This document shows, piece by piece, positions 52,635 through 62,349 of a stretch of 64,000 nucleotides of DNA. The notes below the pieces were generated by a model. It was not told the origin of the DNA. It made no database searches and saw nothing but the letters and a program-made list of their open reading frames with translations. Source of the stretch: Blastocatellia bacterium (GTDB taxonomy: Bacteria; Acidobacteriota; Blastocatellia; UBA7656). Position 1 is the stretch's first letter. Every line of letters starts with the position of its first letter. The translations under genes were made by a program, and so were the position numbers. Location of the stretch: positions 128,001 through 192,000 of the forward strand of contig CAVXWP010000006.1 in NCBI GenBank assembly GCA_963765495.1. Reading direction: 5' to 3'.

Positions 52635-53138
52635 CTAGCCGACTAATATCCCGATGATTGAGATAACTACGTAAAGGATTTGGCCGGTAGCATCGGCCAA
52701 CACCTCGCTTGTAATCCACAGACTTCGCAAGTCTTCCCGCCTGACGGCCAACTCCGTGCGCAGCAGCATGCTGCGCTCTCTGCCGCCTAACTGGTTGCGG
52801 CTGACTTCGAAAGAACACATATGATCCGGTTCAAGGATCAGCGGCTCTTCGGCCTGTTTCACTATCGTCCCGTCGGCACCAACAAAACTGGGCTGCACAC
52901 TGATCCTGCGCGTGCCAACATTAGTCAGCGTCGTGCGCAGGCTCTGGCCGAAGACAAGGCTCGTAGAGCCTAACGGGAGGCTGATTCCCTGTCTTTCGTC
53001 GCCACTTGCTGCTTCGACCACCGAAGCTACCGAGGCAGCGACGAGTGATGCTCCGGCAACTTTCAGGAAGCTCCTTCTGTTGTCCGTTTGTACCTTTGTT
53101 GATCCGTTCTGATTGAGGTCAATACTGCTGATTTTCAT
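52635..53138 (-). CDS. Tat-exported ~167-aa hypothetical protein (fibre partner 2)
   Basis: NRRSFLK twin-arginine signal; similar to 42727-43233; directly upstream of fibre gene 2. Confidence 0.72.
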   Translation of the reverse strand: MKISSIDLNQNGSTKVQTDNRRSFLKVAGASLVAASVASVVEAASGDERQGISLPLGSTSLVFGQSLRTTLTNVGTRRISVQPSFVGADGTIVKQAEEPLILEPDHMCSFEVSRNQLGGRERSMLLRTELAVRREDLRSLWITSEVLADATGQILYVVISIIGILVG

Positions 53139-53190
53139 AACAAATTCCTTCCTTTCTTTGAATTGATGATCACTCGCTTGCTACAACTCA

Positions 53191-53222
53191 TAAGGCGGGA
53201 ATCAGATGAGAAAGTGCTAACA
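53191..53222 (-). promoter_or_regulatory. Putative ECF-sigma promoter of the partner2-fibre2 operon
   Basis: TGTTAGCACTTTCTCATCTGATTCCCGCCTTA; 27/32 identical to 53946-53977. Confidence 0.7.
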
Positions 53223-53343
53223 GATTTGCGAAGGATCGGCTTTCGGGAATTCTCGATTCTGCGGTTGTATCTTTAGGCAGATGCAACACTGGATAGTAGA
53301 AAACAGATATGCTATTCTGGGTGCCCTCACAGAAGGGGGAACG

Positions 53344-53928
53344 GTGACCGCACCCTCGCAGAGAGAGATCACGGAACTGCTTGTGGCCTGGGGCAACGGA
53401 GACCAGGCTGCGCTGGAAAAGCTTACCCCGCTGGTTTACTCTGAACTCCATCGTCTGGCCCGCCACTACATGAAAGGAGAGCGTCCCGGCCATACGCTCC
53501 AAACCTCTGCGCTGGTCAACGAGGCTTACTTACGATTAATAGATTGGAAGAGTGCGCGCTGGCAGAACCGTGCGCACTTCTTTGCCGTCTCGGCTCAGCT
53601 TATGCGCCGTATCCTTGTGGATTTCGCCCGCTCTCGCGATTACGCCAAAAGGGGTGGTGGGGCGCGTAAGGTTTCGCTTGATGAAGCTACGGTAATATCG
53701 GGCGAGCGAGGCGCTGATCTTGTGGCTCTCGACGATGCTCTCAATGCTCTTGCGCGGCTTAACGCGAGACAGAGCCAGGTTGTGGAACTCCGGTTCTTTG
53801 GCGGGCTGAGCCTTGAAGAGATCGCCGAGGTGCTCAAGGTATCTGTCGGCACAGTCAGGCGCGATTGGAGCCTGGCCCGCGCGTGGCTCTTCAGACAATT
53901 GAGCATGAATCAGGAGAGCAGCGAGTGA
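53344..53928 (+). CDS. ECF sigma factor of the Ser/Thr-kinase-associated (TIGR02999-like) type
   Basis: ITELLVAW, VYSELHRLA, HTLQTSALVNEAYLRL, MRRILVDFAR and RDWSLARAWL; GTG start after AGGGGG. Confidence 0.92.
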   Translation: MTAPSQREITELLVAWGNGDQAALEKLTPLVYSELHRLARHYMKGERPGHTLQTSALVNEAYLRLIDWKSARWQNRAHFFAVSAQLMRRILVDFARSRDYAKRGGGARKVSLDEATVISGERGADLVALDDALNALARLNARQSQVVELRFFGGLSLEEIAEVLKVSVGTVRRDWSLARAWLFRQLSMNQESSE

Positions 53929-53945
53929 AAAAAATCTTTTTTCGT

Positions 53946-53977
53946 TGTTAGCAGTTTCGCGCCTGATTCGCGCCTTA
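53946..53977 (+). promoter_or_regulatory. Putative ECF-sigma promoter of the kinase-AAA operon
   Basis: TGTTAGCAGTTTCGCGCCTGATTCGCGCCTTA. Confidence 0.7.
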
Positions 53978-54061
53978 CCCGATGAGGTATGCTATCGGGC
54001 CGCAGACGCCCGGTCTGTTCGCTTAACTTGACTGATAAGCCATCGCCAGATGGACCTTTAT

Positions 54062-56322
54062 ATGACACCTGATCGCTATCGACAAATAGGTGATATTTAT
54101 CTCGCCGCGCTGGAAGTCGCCCTCCCTCGCCGCGCGGCCTTTCTTGAGGAAATCTGCGCCGGAGATGATGAGCTTCGCAAAGAAGTGGAATCGCTGTTGG
54201 CTTCCGACGTTGAGGCAGGAGATTTTATTTCCTCTTCCGCGCTCGAACTCATAGCCGGGGAACTGGCAAAAGAGCAGGAGACAATGCTTGCGGGCAAGAG
54301 ATTCAGCCATTACCTTATCGATTCGCTGATTGGCGCGGGTGGAATGGCGGAGGTCTATCTTGCCGAAGATGTAAGGCTTCCGCGCAAAGTGGCGCTGAAA
54401 CTGCTCCCCGCTGCCTTCACTCGGGATGACGACCGCGCGCGCCGCTTCGAGCAGGAGGCTCGCACCGTTTCCGCGCTCAACCATCCGAATATAGTCACGA
54501 TCTACGAGATAGGTCGTTTCAACGGGCGGCAATATATCGCCTCCGAACTTGTAGAAGGCCGTACATTGCGCGACCAGATGGCAGCCGGAATGACGCTCCG
54601 GGAATCGCTCGACGTAGCGATTCAGGTGGCAAGCGCGTTGGCGGCGGCGCACAGGGCGGGCATCTTTCACCGCGACATAAAGCCGGAAAACATAATGTTA
54701 CGCCTCGACGGTTACGTTAAGGTTCTCGACTTCGGCCTGGCCAAACTGGCCGATGGGCGGCAGCAAGCGGGCGGCGATCAAGGGGGGGACAGGAGCCGGA
54801 TGCGAAGAGGGTCAGCACCGCCGCCGGCATGGTTTTGGGCACGGCAGGGTATATGTCGCCCGAATAGGCGCGCGGGCAGAAGGTAGACGGACGCACGGAC
54901 ATTTTCAGCCTCGGGGTCGTGATGTATGAAATGATCTCCGGGCGTTCTCCGTTTGTCGCCCCCACGCTGGCCGATACCATCGTTTCGATCCTCTCAAAAG
55001 AGGTGGCTCCGCTTTCGGCACCCGACATCCCCGCCGCGCTCGGGCGGATAGTCGGAAAGGCGCTCGTAAAATCTCGCGAAGATCGCTACCAGACAAGCGA
55101 GGAGTTGCTGATTGATCTGAAGAAGCTCAATCTGGAGCTTGAGCTTATTTCGAAGATGAGAGGCGGCGACCCGGCTCGTCTTCGCTCCGATGTTGATCGG
55201 ATTGAAACCGGGAGATTCACCGAAAGATTTACAACGCCGCTCGATGAGGATGATACCCCCGCTCACTGGCCCACACCCACTTCGGCCTCGACCACTTTGA
55301 CACAGATGCTTGAGCCGGTCGGCGGCGCGGTACCGCTCGATTCCGGTTTTTACATCCTCCGACCCACCGACGAGAAGTTTCGCACAGCCATCGCGCGACA
55401 GGACAGCATCGTGCTGGTCAAGGGTGCGCGGCAGGTTGGAAAGACCTCGTTGCTTGCGCGCGGTCTGCAACAGGCCCGCAAGTCGGGAGCAAGGGTAGTG
55501 CTGACGGATTTGCAAAACATCTCGGCGGATTCGCTCTCGTCTGTAGAAAAGCTTCTTTTTACTTTTGCCGACTGCTTTGCCGATCAACTCGATCTCGACC
55601 TTGCGCCCTCCGACATATGGAAATCCAGTCGCAGCCCCGTGACAAATTTCGAGCAATACCTTCGGCGCGGGGCTCTGCTCAAGGTGATGGACCCGATTGT
55701 CTGGGGACTCGATGAAGTTGACCGCCTATTTACCTGCGCCTTTGGGAGCGAAGTATTCGGGCTGTTTAGGTCCTGGCATAACAAGAGAGCTTTAGACCCC
55801 GAGGGACCATGGCGCAGACTCACGCTTGCAATCGCCTACGCGACCGAGGCGCATCTGTTTATAACCGATCTCAATCAATCGCCCTTCAATGTAGGCACAC
55901 GGCTCCTGCTTGAGGATTTCTCATTCGAGCAGGTGGATGAACTCAATACCCGTTACGGGTCGCCCTTAAAAGAGAGGGCCGAGGTGGCGCGTTACTTTCG
56001 CCTTCTGAGCGGGCATCCATACCTCGTGCGGCGAGGGTTTTACGAGATGGTTTCCAACAGCCTCGACCTGACGGGGCTGGAAGCCCGGGCCGATCACGAC
56101 GAGGGGCCGTTTGGCGATCACCTTCGCCGCATGCTGTTTTCGCTCTCGCAGGACAGCGAGTTGTTTGAAGTCGTGCGCGGCCTGCTCGGAGGAAAGCCCT
56201 GCCCCACGCCCGAGAGCTTCTACCGCTTGAGAAGCGCGGGGCTTGTCCTCGGAGATTTTGCGCGAGATGCGAGACTGCGCTGCCAGTTGTACGCGACTTA
56301 CTTCGAGAGGCACATGCTATGA
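54062..56322 (+). pseudogene. Disrupted Hanks Ser/Thr kinase fused to an AAA_35-like P-loop ATPase
   Basis: Frame 1 carries [20 protein letters not shown] and DFG. After G7 (54782-54788) the kinase continues in another frame as [16 protein letters not shown](54865)[16 protein letters not shown]. The C-terminal part has GARQVGKT (Walker A) and LDEVD (Walker B). Confidence 0.82.
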
Positions 56323-58244
56323 ACGCGATTGAGATGCGTTATGACAGCCCCTTCTATGTTACGGGCGGGACGCTTGCGCGAGACGCTCTCTGCTATGTCA
56401 CGCGCCAGGCCGACCGTCTCGTTTATGAGAGCCTGCATAAGGGCCGCTTCTGTTACGTGCTGACAGCGCGCCAGATGGGTAAGTCTTCGCTTATGGTGCG
56501 GGCGGCCTCGCGTCTGCGCGATGAAGATGTAGGTGTAGCGGTGCTCGATCTTACGGCTATAGGCCAGAACCTCACGGCCGAGCAGTGGTATGGAGGGCTG
56601 CTCACACAGATGGCCCAGCATCTCAATCTCGAAGACGAACTCGAAGAGTTTTGGGATGACCACACGGCGCTTGGTCCGCTCCATCGCTGGATGCAGGCGG
56701 TGCGTTCCGTAGTGCTGCTGCATTATACGGGCCGGGTTGTGATCTTTATAGACGAGATAGATGCCGTGCGCAGTCTGCCTTTTCCCACAGACGAGTTCTT
56801 TGCTGGCATAAGAGAGTTTTACAATCACCGGGTCGAAGACCCTAAGCTTGAGCGATTGAGCCTCTGTCTGCTCGGGGTCGCCGCGCCGTCGGATCTGATC
56901 AAAGATACACGGATGACTCCGTTCAACATCGGGCAGAGGATCGAACTGCGCGACTTTACAGAAGCGGAGGCGCAGGTGCTGGCCAGCGGGCTGGGAAGAG
57001 ATGAGCAGCAAGAGGCGGTCTTGCTCAAAAGGATACTCTACTGGACGGGCGGGCACCCCTACCTGACGCAGAGGTTGTGCCAGGCGGTGGCCGAAGAGGG
57101 CGGGTCGGGCAGCGTCGAAGAAGTGGATCGTTTGTGCGGAGAGCTTTTTTTTGCGCGTCGGGCACAGGAGCAGGACGACAACCTGCTCTTTGTAAGAGAG
57201 CGAATACTCAGAAGCGAGATAGACCTGAGCGGGCTGCTCGGCCTCTACGGGCAGGTGCTCAGGGGAAAGAGGATCGAGGAGGACGAGACCAACCCGTTTG
57301 TCACGATTCTGAAATTATCGGGGATTACGCGCGCCGAAGATGGGCGGCTGCGGGTGAGGAATCGAATCTACAAGCGGGTATTCGATAAAGCGTGGGTCGC
57401 CGCGAACATGCCTGATGCCGAGATGAGGCGTCAGCGAGCCGCATACAGAAAAGGTCTGTTTCGGGCCGCGGCTATAGCTACGGTGATCCTGCTTGCGATG
57501 GCCAGTCTCGCTTCTGTTGCCGTCCGGCAACGCAATTTTGCAAGGGCGGCGGAAGAGGCGAATCGCTGGCAACTCTACGCCGCGCATATGAACCTGGCGG
57601 CGCGCGACTGGCAGGACTCTAACATCGAGCACATGCGCGAGCTTTTAGATCTGCAAGTGGCGGAGCCGGGGCACGCCGACCTCCGCGGGTTTGACTGGTA
57701 CCTCCTCTGGGCTTTAGCTCACCCCGAAAGCGAAACGAAACGTGTCGAGAGAAATTTCTGGGGGATCACGTTTTCGCCGGACCTGAAGTGGTTTGCCGAG
57801 GACGATAGAACGGTGGTCCAGATTCGGAACCTGGCTACCGGCAGCCAATTGAACTCTTTCAACTCCGATGGGCTGCAAGGCATGGCGGTGTTCTCGCCCG
57901 ATGGAAAACTCCTGGCAGCCGACAGCCTCGACCACTCAATAAGGCTCCGGGAGATCTCGACTGGGCGGGAGCTTCAACGACTGAAGGGCCACACAGACCT
58001 TGTCTTGGATCTGGCTTTTTCGGCTGACGGCAAAACACTGGCATCCGCCAGCAAAGATCGCACAGCCCGTGTATGGGAAGTGGCGACAGGGAGATTGCTC
58101 GTGACGCTCAAGGGTCACACGGGTCCCGTCAAGTCCGTGGCCTTTTCGCCTGACGGCAATACCCTGATCTCTGCGGCCCGTGACGGGCAATTGATCATCT
58201 GGCGCGCCGCTACCGAGCAGGAGGTAGAATCTCGCGATAGGTGA
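56319..58244 (+). CDS. AAA_35-like ATPase, TM, short WD40 array
   Basis: [33 protein letters not shown] and about four FS(P/A)DG WD40 repeats; ATGA overlap with the upstream gene. Confidence 0.88.
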   Translation: MNAIEMRYDSPFYVTGGTLARDALCYVTRQADRLVYESLHKGRFCYVLTARQMGKSSLMVRAASRLRDEDVGVAVLDLTAIGQNLTAEQWYGGLLTQMAQHLNLEDELEEFWDDHTALGPLHRWMQAVRSVVLLHYTGRVVIFIDEIDAVRSLPFPTDEFFAGIREFYNHRVEDPKLERLSLCLLGVAAPSDLIKDTRMTPFNIGQRIELRDFTEAEAQVLASGLGRDEQQEAVLLKRILYWTGGHPYLTQRLCQAVAEEGGSGSVEEVDRLCGELFFARRAQEQDDNLLFVRERILRSEIDLSGLLGLYGQVLRGKRIEEDETNPFVTILKLSGITRAEDGRLRVRNRIYKRVFDKAWVAANMPDAEMRRQRAAYRKGLFRAAAIATVILLAMASLASVAVRQRNFARAAEEANRWQLYAAHMNLAARDWQDSNIEHMRELLDLQVAEPGHADLRGFDWYLLWALAHPESETKRVERNFWGITFSPDLKWFAEDDRTVVQIRNLATGSQLNSFNSDGLQGMAVFSPDGKLLAADSLDHSIRLREISTGRELQRLKGHTDLVLDLAFSADGKTLASASKDRTARVWEVATGRLLVTLKGHTGPVKSVAFSPDGNTLISAARDGQLIIWRAATEQEVESRDR

Positions 58245-58322
58245 CCGCGCGCTCCACGATCAGGCAAACTTAAAACATCCGCTCTAACCGTCGCAGCGCC
58301 TCTTGTGTTGACGTAACAAGCA

Positions 58323-58360
58323 GGCTCGCCGAAGAGACTTTATCGGCGAGCCATTCTTTC
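58323..58360 (+). terminator. Possible terminator hairpin after the AAA-WD40 gene
   Basis: GGCTCGCCGA/TCGGCGAGCC stem followed by ATTCTTT. Confidence 0.45.
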
Positions 58361-58508
58361 CTCGACCACATAGTCTCAATCGAAGGCCGGACTCGTTTTG
58401 AAATATCCCTGTGAGTGTGATATATCGGCAGGGTCAGGCTTGATTGTCTGTTTGAACACACACACATCAGAGTTGTTTTTTGACCGTCACCGAAAGGAGG
58501 ACCAAGAA

Positions 58509-60383
58509 ATGCGCGCGCCTTCAAGAGCTAAAACCAGTCTCGTCGCTTTCCTTGTTCTTGCGGCAATCCTCACATTCCCGCCAAATCTTTTCGCCCAGCG
58601 AACTGCCAAGCCGGTGCTTCACGGAAAGCACTGGGTAGCGATTACCGGCAAGCCGCTTGCCGCGACCGCAGGTGCCATGACGTTTCAAAAGGGCGGCAAT
58701 GCCGTTGACGCGGCCTGCGCGATGATCGCCGCTACTTCTACGATGTGGGATGTCCTCAGTTGGGGCGGCGAAACGCAGGCGCTCATCTATAACCCTCACA
58801 CGAAAAAAGTTATAGGAATAAACGCGCTTGGTGTGGCTCCCACGGGGGCAACGGTCGAGTTCTTCAAGAAAAAAGAGATGAAGTATCCGCCCGAATACGG
58901 GCCGCTCGCGGCGGTGACGCCCGGCACGCCCGGCGGCATACTGACGATGCTCGCGGAGTACGGCAAGCTCTCTCTGGCCGAGGTCTTAGCCCCCGCGATA
59001 GAACTGGCCGACGGCTACCCCATCGAAGCCGAAACCGCCAACAGCATCGAGCGCGAAAAAGCGAGAATCAAGCAGTGGCCTTACTCGCGGCAGGTGATGC
59101 TTACGCATCCGGGCGAAAAGCGCGAAGCGCCCGAAGCGGGAGAGATTTTTCGCCAGCCCGATCTTGCGGCCACCCTGCGAAAACTCGTCGAAGCCGAACA
59201 GCAGGCGCTCAAGGCGGGCAAGAATAGAAAAGAGGCCATCTATGCCGCCTACGACAGATTCTATCGGGGCGACATCGCCCGCGAACTTGCCCGCAGCGTT
59301 CAGGAGCAGGGCGGTCTTATCACTACCGAAGACCTCGACAAATGGAAAGTTCATATCGAAGAACCGGTCAAGACCAATTACCGAGGCGTAGATGTCTACA
59401 AACTGACGACGTGGGTGCAGGGGCCCGTGCTTCTTCAGACGCTCAATATACTTGAGAATTTCGATCTCAAATCTATGGGCTATAATAGCGCCCGCTACAT
59501 CCACACGCTTTATCAGGCGATGAATCTGGCGTTTGCCGATAGAGACTTTTACTACGGCGACCCCTATTTCCCGCCCGCCGAGCCGATAAAAGGATTGCTC
59601 TCGAAAGATTACGCGCGCACTCGCCTCAAGCTTATAAACGAAGACCACAACGACCCGGAGATCGGACCCGGGGACCCTTATCCGTTTCAGGGCGAGAAAA
59701 ACCCTTATCTGGAACTCCTGAAAAAGAGGAGCGAAAAAAACCGGCCCGCGCACTCCGAAGATAATCCGCAATCGCTCGCCAATTTTGAAAAGAGCTTTTA
59801 CGCGGGAACCACTTCTGTCGAAGCAGCGGATGCGGAAGGCTGGGTGGTTTCGGTCACTCCAAGCGGAGGCTGGGTCCCGGGAGTGATCGCCGGGCACACA
59901 GGCGTAGGTCTGAGCCAGCGAATGCAGAGTTTTGTCCTCGATGAAAACGAAGACCCTTTCAACGTGGTGGAACCGGGCAAACGCCCGCGAGCCACGCTTA
60001 CGCCGAGTCTCGCGCTCAAGGACGGGGAGCCGTTTTTGAGCTTCGCCGTTCAGGGCGGCGACAGTCAGGATCAGAATCTGCTTCAGTTCTTCTTGAATGT
60101 AGTCGAGTTTGGAATGAATGTTCAGGAAGCGGTAGAGGCGGCCAACATAAACAGCTTTCAGATGCAAAGCTCGTTTGGCGATCACGAATCGAGACCCGGA
60201 AGATTGCTCTTGAGCGAAACGGTGCCGCCGTGGGTGCGAAAGGAATTGAGAGAAAAAGGATATGATCTGGTCTTTGGCTCTCGCACGTCGGGACCGATCA
60301 ATGCCATCTATCTGGATCGCAAACACGGGACCATGTGGGGCGGGTCGAGCAATAACGGCGAGGATTACGGCATCGCGTGGTAG
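58509..60383 (+). CDS. ggt: Gamma-glutamyltransferase family protein (exported)
   Basis: GGNAVDAA, VTPGTPGG, TTSV (N-terminal nucleophile Thr), PGKRP and GGD; AGGAGG SD. Confidence 0.88.
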   Translation: MRAPSRAKTSLVAFLVLAAILTFPPNLFAQRTAKPVLHGKHWVAITGKPLAATAGAMTFQKGGNAVDAACAMIAATSTMWDVLSWGGETQALIYNPHTKKVIGINALGVAPTGATVEFFKKKEMKYPPEYGPLAAVTPGTPGGILTMLAEYGKLSLAEVLAPAIELADGYPIEAETANSIEREKARIKQWPYSRQVMLTHPGEKREAPEAGEIFRQPDLAATLRKLVEAEQQALKAGKNRKEAIYAAYDRFYRGDIARELARSVQEQGGLITTEDLDKWKVHIEEPVKTNYRGVDVYKLTTWVQGPVLLQTLNILENFDLKSMGYNSARYIHTLYQAMNLAFADRDFYYGDPYFPPAEPIKGLLSKDYARTRLKLINEDHNDPEIGPGDPYPFQGEKNPYLELLKKRSEKNRPAHSEDNPQSLANFEKSFYAGTTSVEAADAEGWVVSVTPSGGWVPGVIAGHTGVGLSQRMQSFVLDENEDPFNVVEPGKRPRATLTPSLALKDGEPFLSFAVQGGDSQDQNLLQFFLNVVEFGMNVQEAVEAANINSFQMQSSFGDHESRPGRLLLSETVPPWVRKELREKGYDLVFGSRTSGPINAIYLDRKHGTMWGGSSNNGEDYGIAW

Positions 60384-60390
60384 CGCGCAA

Positions 60391-60522
60391 TGATGCGTGA
60401 TGCGTGATGCGTGAAGAGTGATCCGTGATGCGTGATGCGTGACTATCAGGCAGTTGGCCGTTAATTGACAATTGCCTGTTTCACGCTTCACGAATCACGG
60501 ATCACGGATCACCCAGAATCAC
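60391..60522. repeat. Inverted heptamer arrays between convergent genes
   Basis: gatgcgtgatgcgtgatgcgtga...gatgcgtgatgcgtga ... tcacgcttcacgaatcacggatcacggatcac. Confidence 0.88.
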
Positions 60523-62003
60523 AAAATGCGATTCGGATCGCTCGTATCGGGTAGCTCCCCGTGATAGCCGAAAAGTTTTTGCAACACCCACACAAAGGCG
60601 CGCGATTGCTTGCGAATGTACCCCTGGTCTGCCGCTCGCCGGTTGCCCAGAACATAAGTCGGATAAGGGTGAATAGTGTCGGCGATCTTCCTTAAGCTGA
60701 TGCCGTTTCGCATGGCCAGGGCGTATTCGCCGATCATCTCGCCCGCGCTCGCTCCAAGTATGGTGACTCCGAAAATCCTGCCGCTGAACTTTTTCGCAAA
60801 GACTTTTATCCACCCTAAGATTTCGTTTTCGGTAATCGCCCGATCTATCTTTGAAAACGGAAATCTGTAGACTTCATACGAAATCCCCTTTCGCTTCAAC
60901 TCGTCTTCGCCCATCCCCACGTGCGCAAGCTCCGGGTCAGTGTAGGTGCACCACGTTATATGTCTGGAGTCGAGCGAAATCGGAAAGTGCAGCAGCGCGT
61001 TGCTCACGGCGGTCTTTGCCATGTGTTCGGCAAAATGGGTGAACTGAAATCTGCCCGCGACGTCTCCAGAGGCATAGATGTTTTTTGCCGACGTGCGGCA
61101 ATGATCGTCAACCGTTACCCCGCGCTTATCGTGATCGACCCCGGCTGCTTCCAGATTCAGACTGCCGACATCCGGCTTGCGGCCCGCTGAAATCAACACG
61201 GCATCCCCGTGTATCACGGATCGTTTGGCGGTCTTCTGATTTTCTATGGTGACGCTCAAGCCGCCGTTCTCTTTTTTAAGCTCCACGACTTTCGATTGCA
61301 AGAGGTATTGAATCCCTTCCGATGCCAGATGCTCTTTCAAAATGCCTGTAAGTTCCGAATCATCTTTTGGCAGGATTTTATCGGCCGTGTCTACGACTGA
61401 GACATCCGAGCCAAATCGCCGAAATGCCTGTGACATCTCGGTGCCGATGGGGCCGGAGCCGACTACGATCAGTTTTTTTGGAAGACGGGTTATGGAAAAG
61501 ATCGTTTCGTTTGTTAAATAATCGACCTCCTCGATGCTGTCAATCGGCGGAATTAGGGGGCTACTGCCGGTTGCGATGACAGAATATCTCGACGTGAGTT
61601 TTGAGTTTTTACCGTTTTCATCCGTAAGCTCTACGGTGTGCCGGTCCAGAAACCGCGCGCGGGCCGAGATGACTTTCACGCCGAGATTTTCGAATATCTC
61701 AGGCGCGTCGGCCTCCTTGTAAACGTGCTGCTGAACGCGGTGTATGTGCTCCATCACTCCGGCGAAATCGAATTCCGGCTGCCGGTTTTGTAATCCGTAT
61801 TTTGCCGCCGCGTTGAAATAATGGGCGACCTTTGCGGCTTTGAGGAGCGTCTTGCTCGGCACGCAGCCGTACCACGTGCAGTCGCCCCCCAATCGTTTGG
61901 GTTCGATCAGAGCGGTCTTCGCGCCGAAAGAAGCCGACATCCCGGAAGCCGTAAGCCCTGCCGCGCCTCCGCCGAGCACTACCATGTCGAAATCATATTT
62001 CAT
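60519..62003 (-). CDS. Pyridine nucleotide-disulfide oxidoreductase (Lpd/MerA-like)
   Basis: GGGAAG, GGDCTWYGCVPSK, GSGPIG, YTDPE and HPYPT. Confidence 0.88.
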   Translation of the reverse strand: MKYDFDMVVLGGGAAGLTASGMSASFGAKTALIEPKRLGGDCTWYGCVPSKTLLKAAKVAHYFNAAAKYGLQNRQPEFDFAGVMEHIHRVQQHVYKEADAPEIFENLGVKVISARARFLDRHTVELTDENGKNSKLTSRYSVIATGSSPLIPPIDSIEEVDYLTNETIFSITRLPKKLIVVGSGPIGTEMSQAFRRFGSDVSVVDTADKILPKDDSELTGILKEHLASEGIQYLLQSKVVELKKENGGLSVTIENQKTAKRSVIHGDAVLISAGRKPDVGSLNLEAAGVDHDKRGVTVDDHCRTSAKNIYASGDVAGRFQFTHFAEHMAKTAVSNALLHFPISLDSRHITWCTYTDPELAHVGMGEDELKRKGISYEVYRFPFSKIDRAITENEILGWIKVFAKKFSGRIFGVTILGASAGEMIGEYALAMRNGISLRKIADTIHPYPTYVLGNRRAADQGYIRKQSRAFVWVLQKLFGYHGELPDTSDPNRIL

Positions 62004-62158
62004 AGATTTTATCCGCCATCTTCTCGGGTTTGCCGATGAGCCGTATAGTAATACCGCGCGACTTCAAGTGAAAGGCTCCGTTTTAGAAAACCAGTGATTG
62101 CCTGTTGAGAGGGCATTGCGTTGCAGGGCCATTAAATTCTCAGGAAAAACTTAGCGAG

Positions 62159-62227
62159 CTTTGCGCCTTTGCGTCTTGCGAAGCAACAGGTAGTTTCAAA
62201 GACGCAAAGGCGCAAAGTACGCAAAGA
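62159..62227. repeat. Inverted 8-mer (CGCAAAGN) intergenic element
   Basis: ctttgcgcctttgcgtcttgcg ... gacgcaaaggcgcaaagtacgcaaag; the same unit occurs at 12672-12696. Confidence 0.7.
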
Positions 62228-62349
62228 GGTTTCATAAAGCAAGCTGTAGTTTTCTGAGAATTGAACGACTCCGGCGCGGGTTGTTGCCAAAGTTTGCGAG
62301 TATGTGATAACCATGAGCTTCCAGACACAAGAGTAGAGGTAAAGGCATT

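Noticed and set aside
53191-53977. 32-bp inverted repeats as transposon ends around the ECF gene
   Set aside because: No target-site duplication or transposase; position and orientation fit divergent promoters
54865-54867. Pyrrolysine or programmed amber read-through in the kinase
   Set aside because: The position is a conserved Gln (CAG>TAG, a single transition), an upstream frameshift already breaks the gene, and no pyl genes are seen
58986-60491. 501-aa minus-strand ORF (likewise 29043-30110 and 15435-16169)
   Set aside because: Antisense shadows of ggt, the SDR gene and sdhB
60519-62003. Mercuric reductase merA
   Set aside because: No N-terminal HMA domain, no C-terminal vicinal Cys pair and no mer operon
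62111-62125. Additional sigma54-like boxes (also about 7758 and 21287)
   Set aside because: GGCA-to-TGC spacing is one base short of the strict -24/-12 requirement
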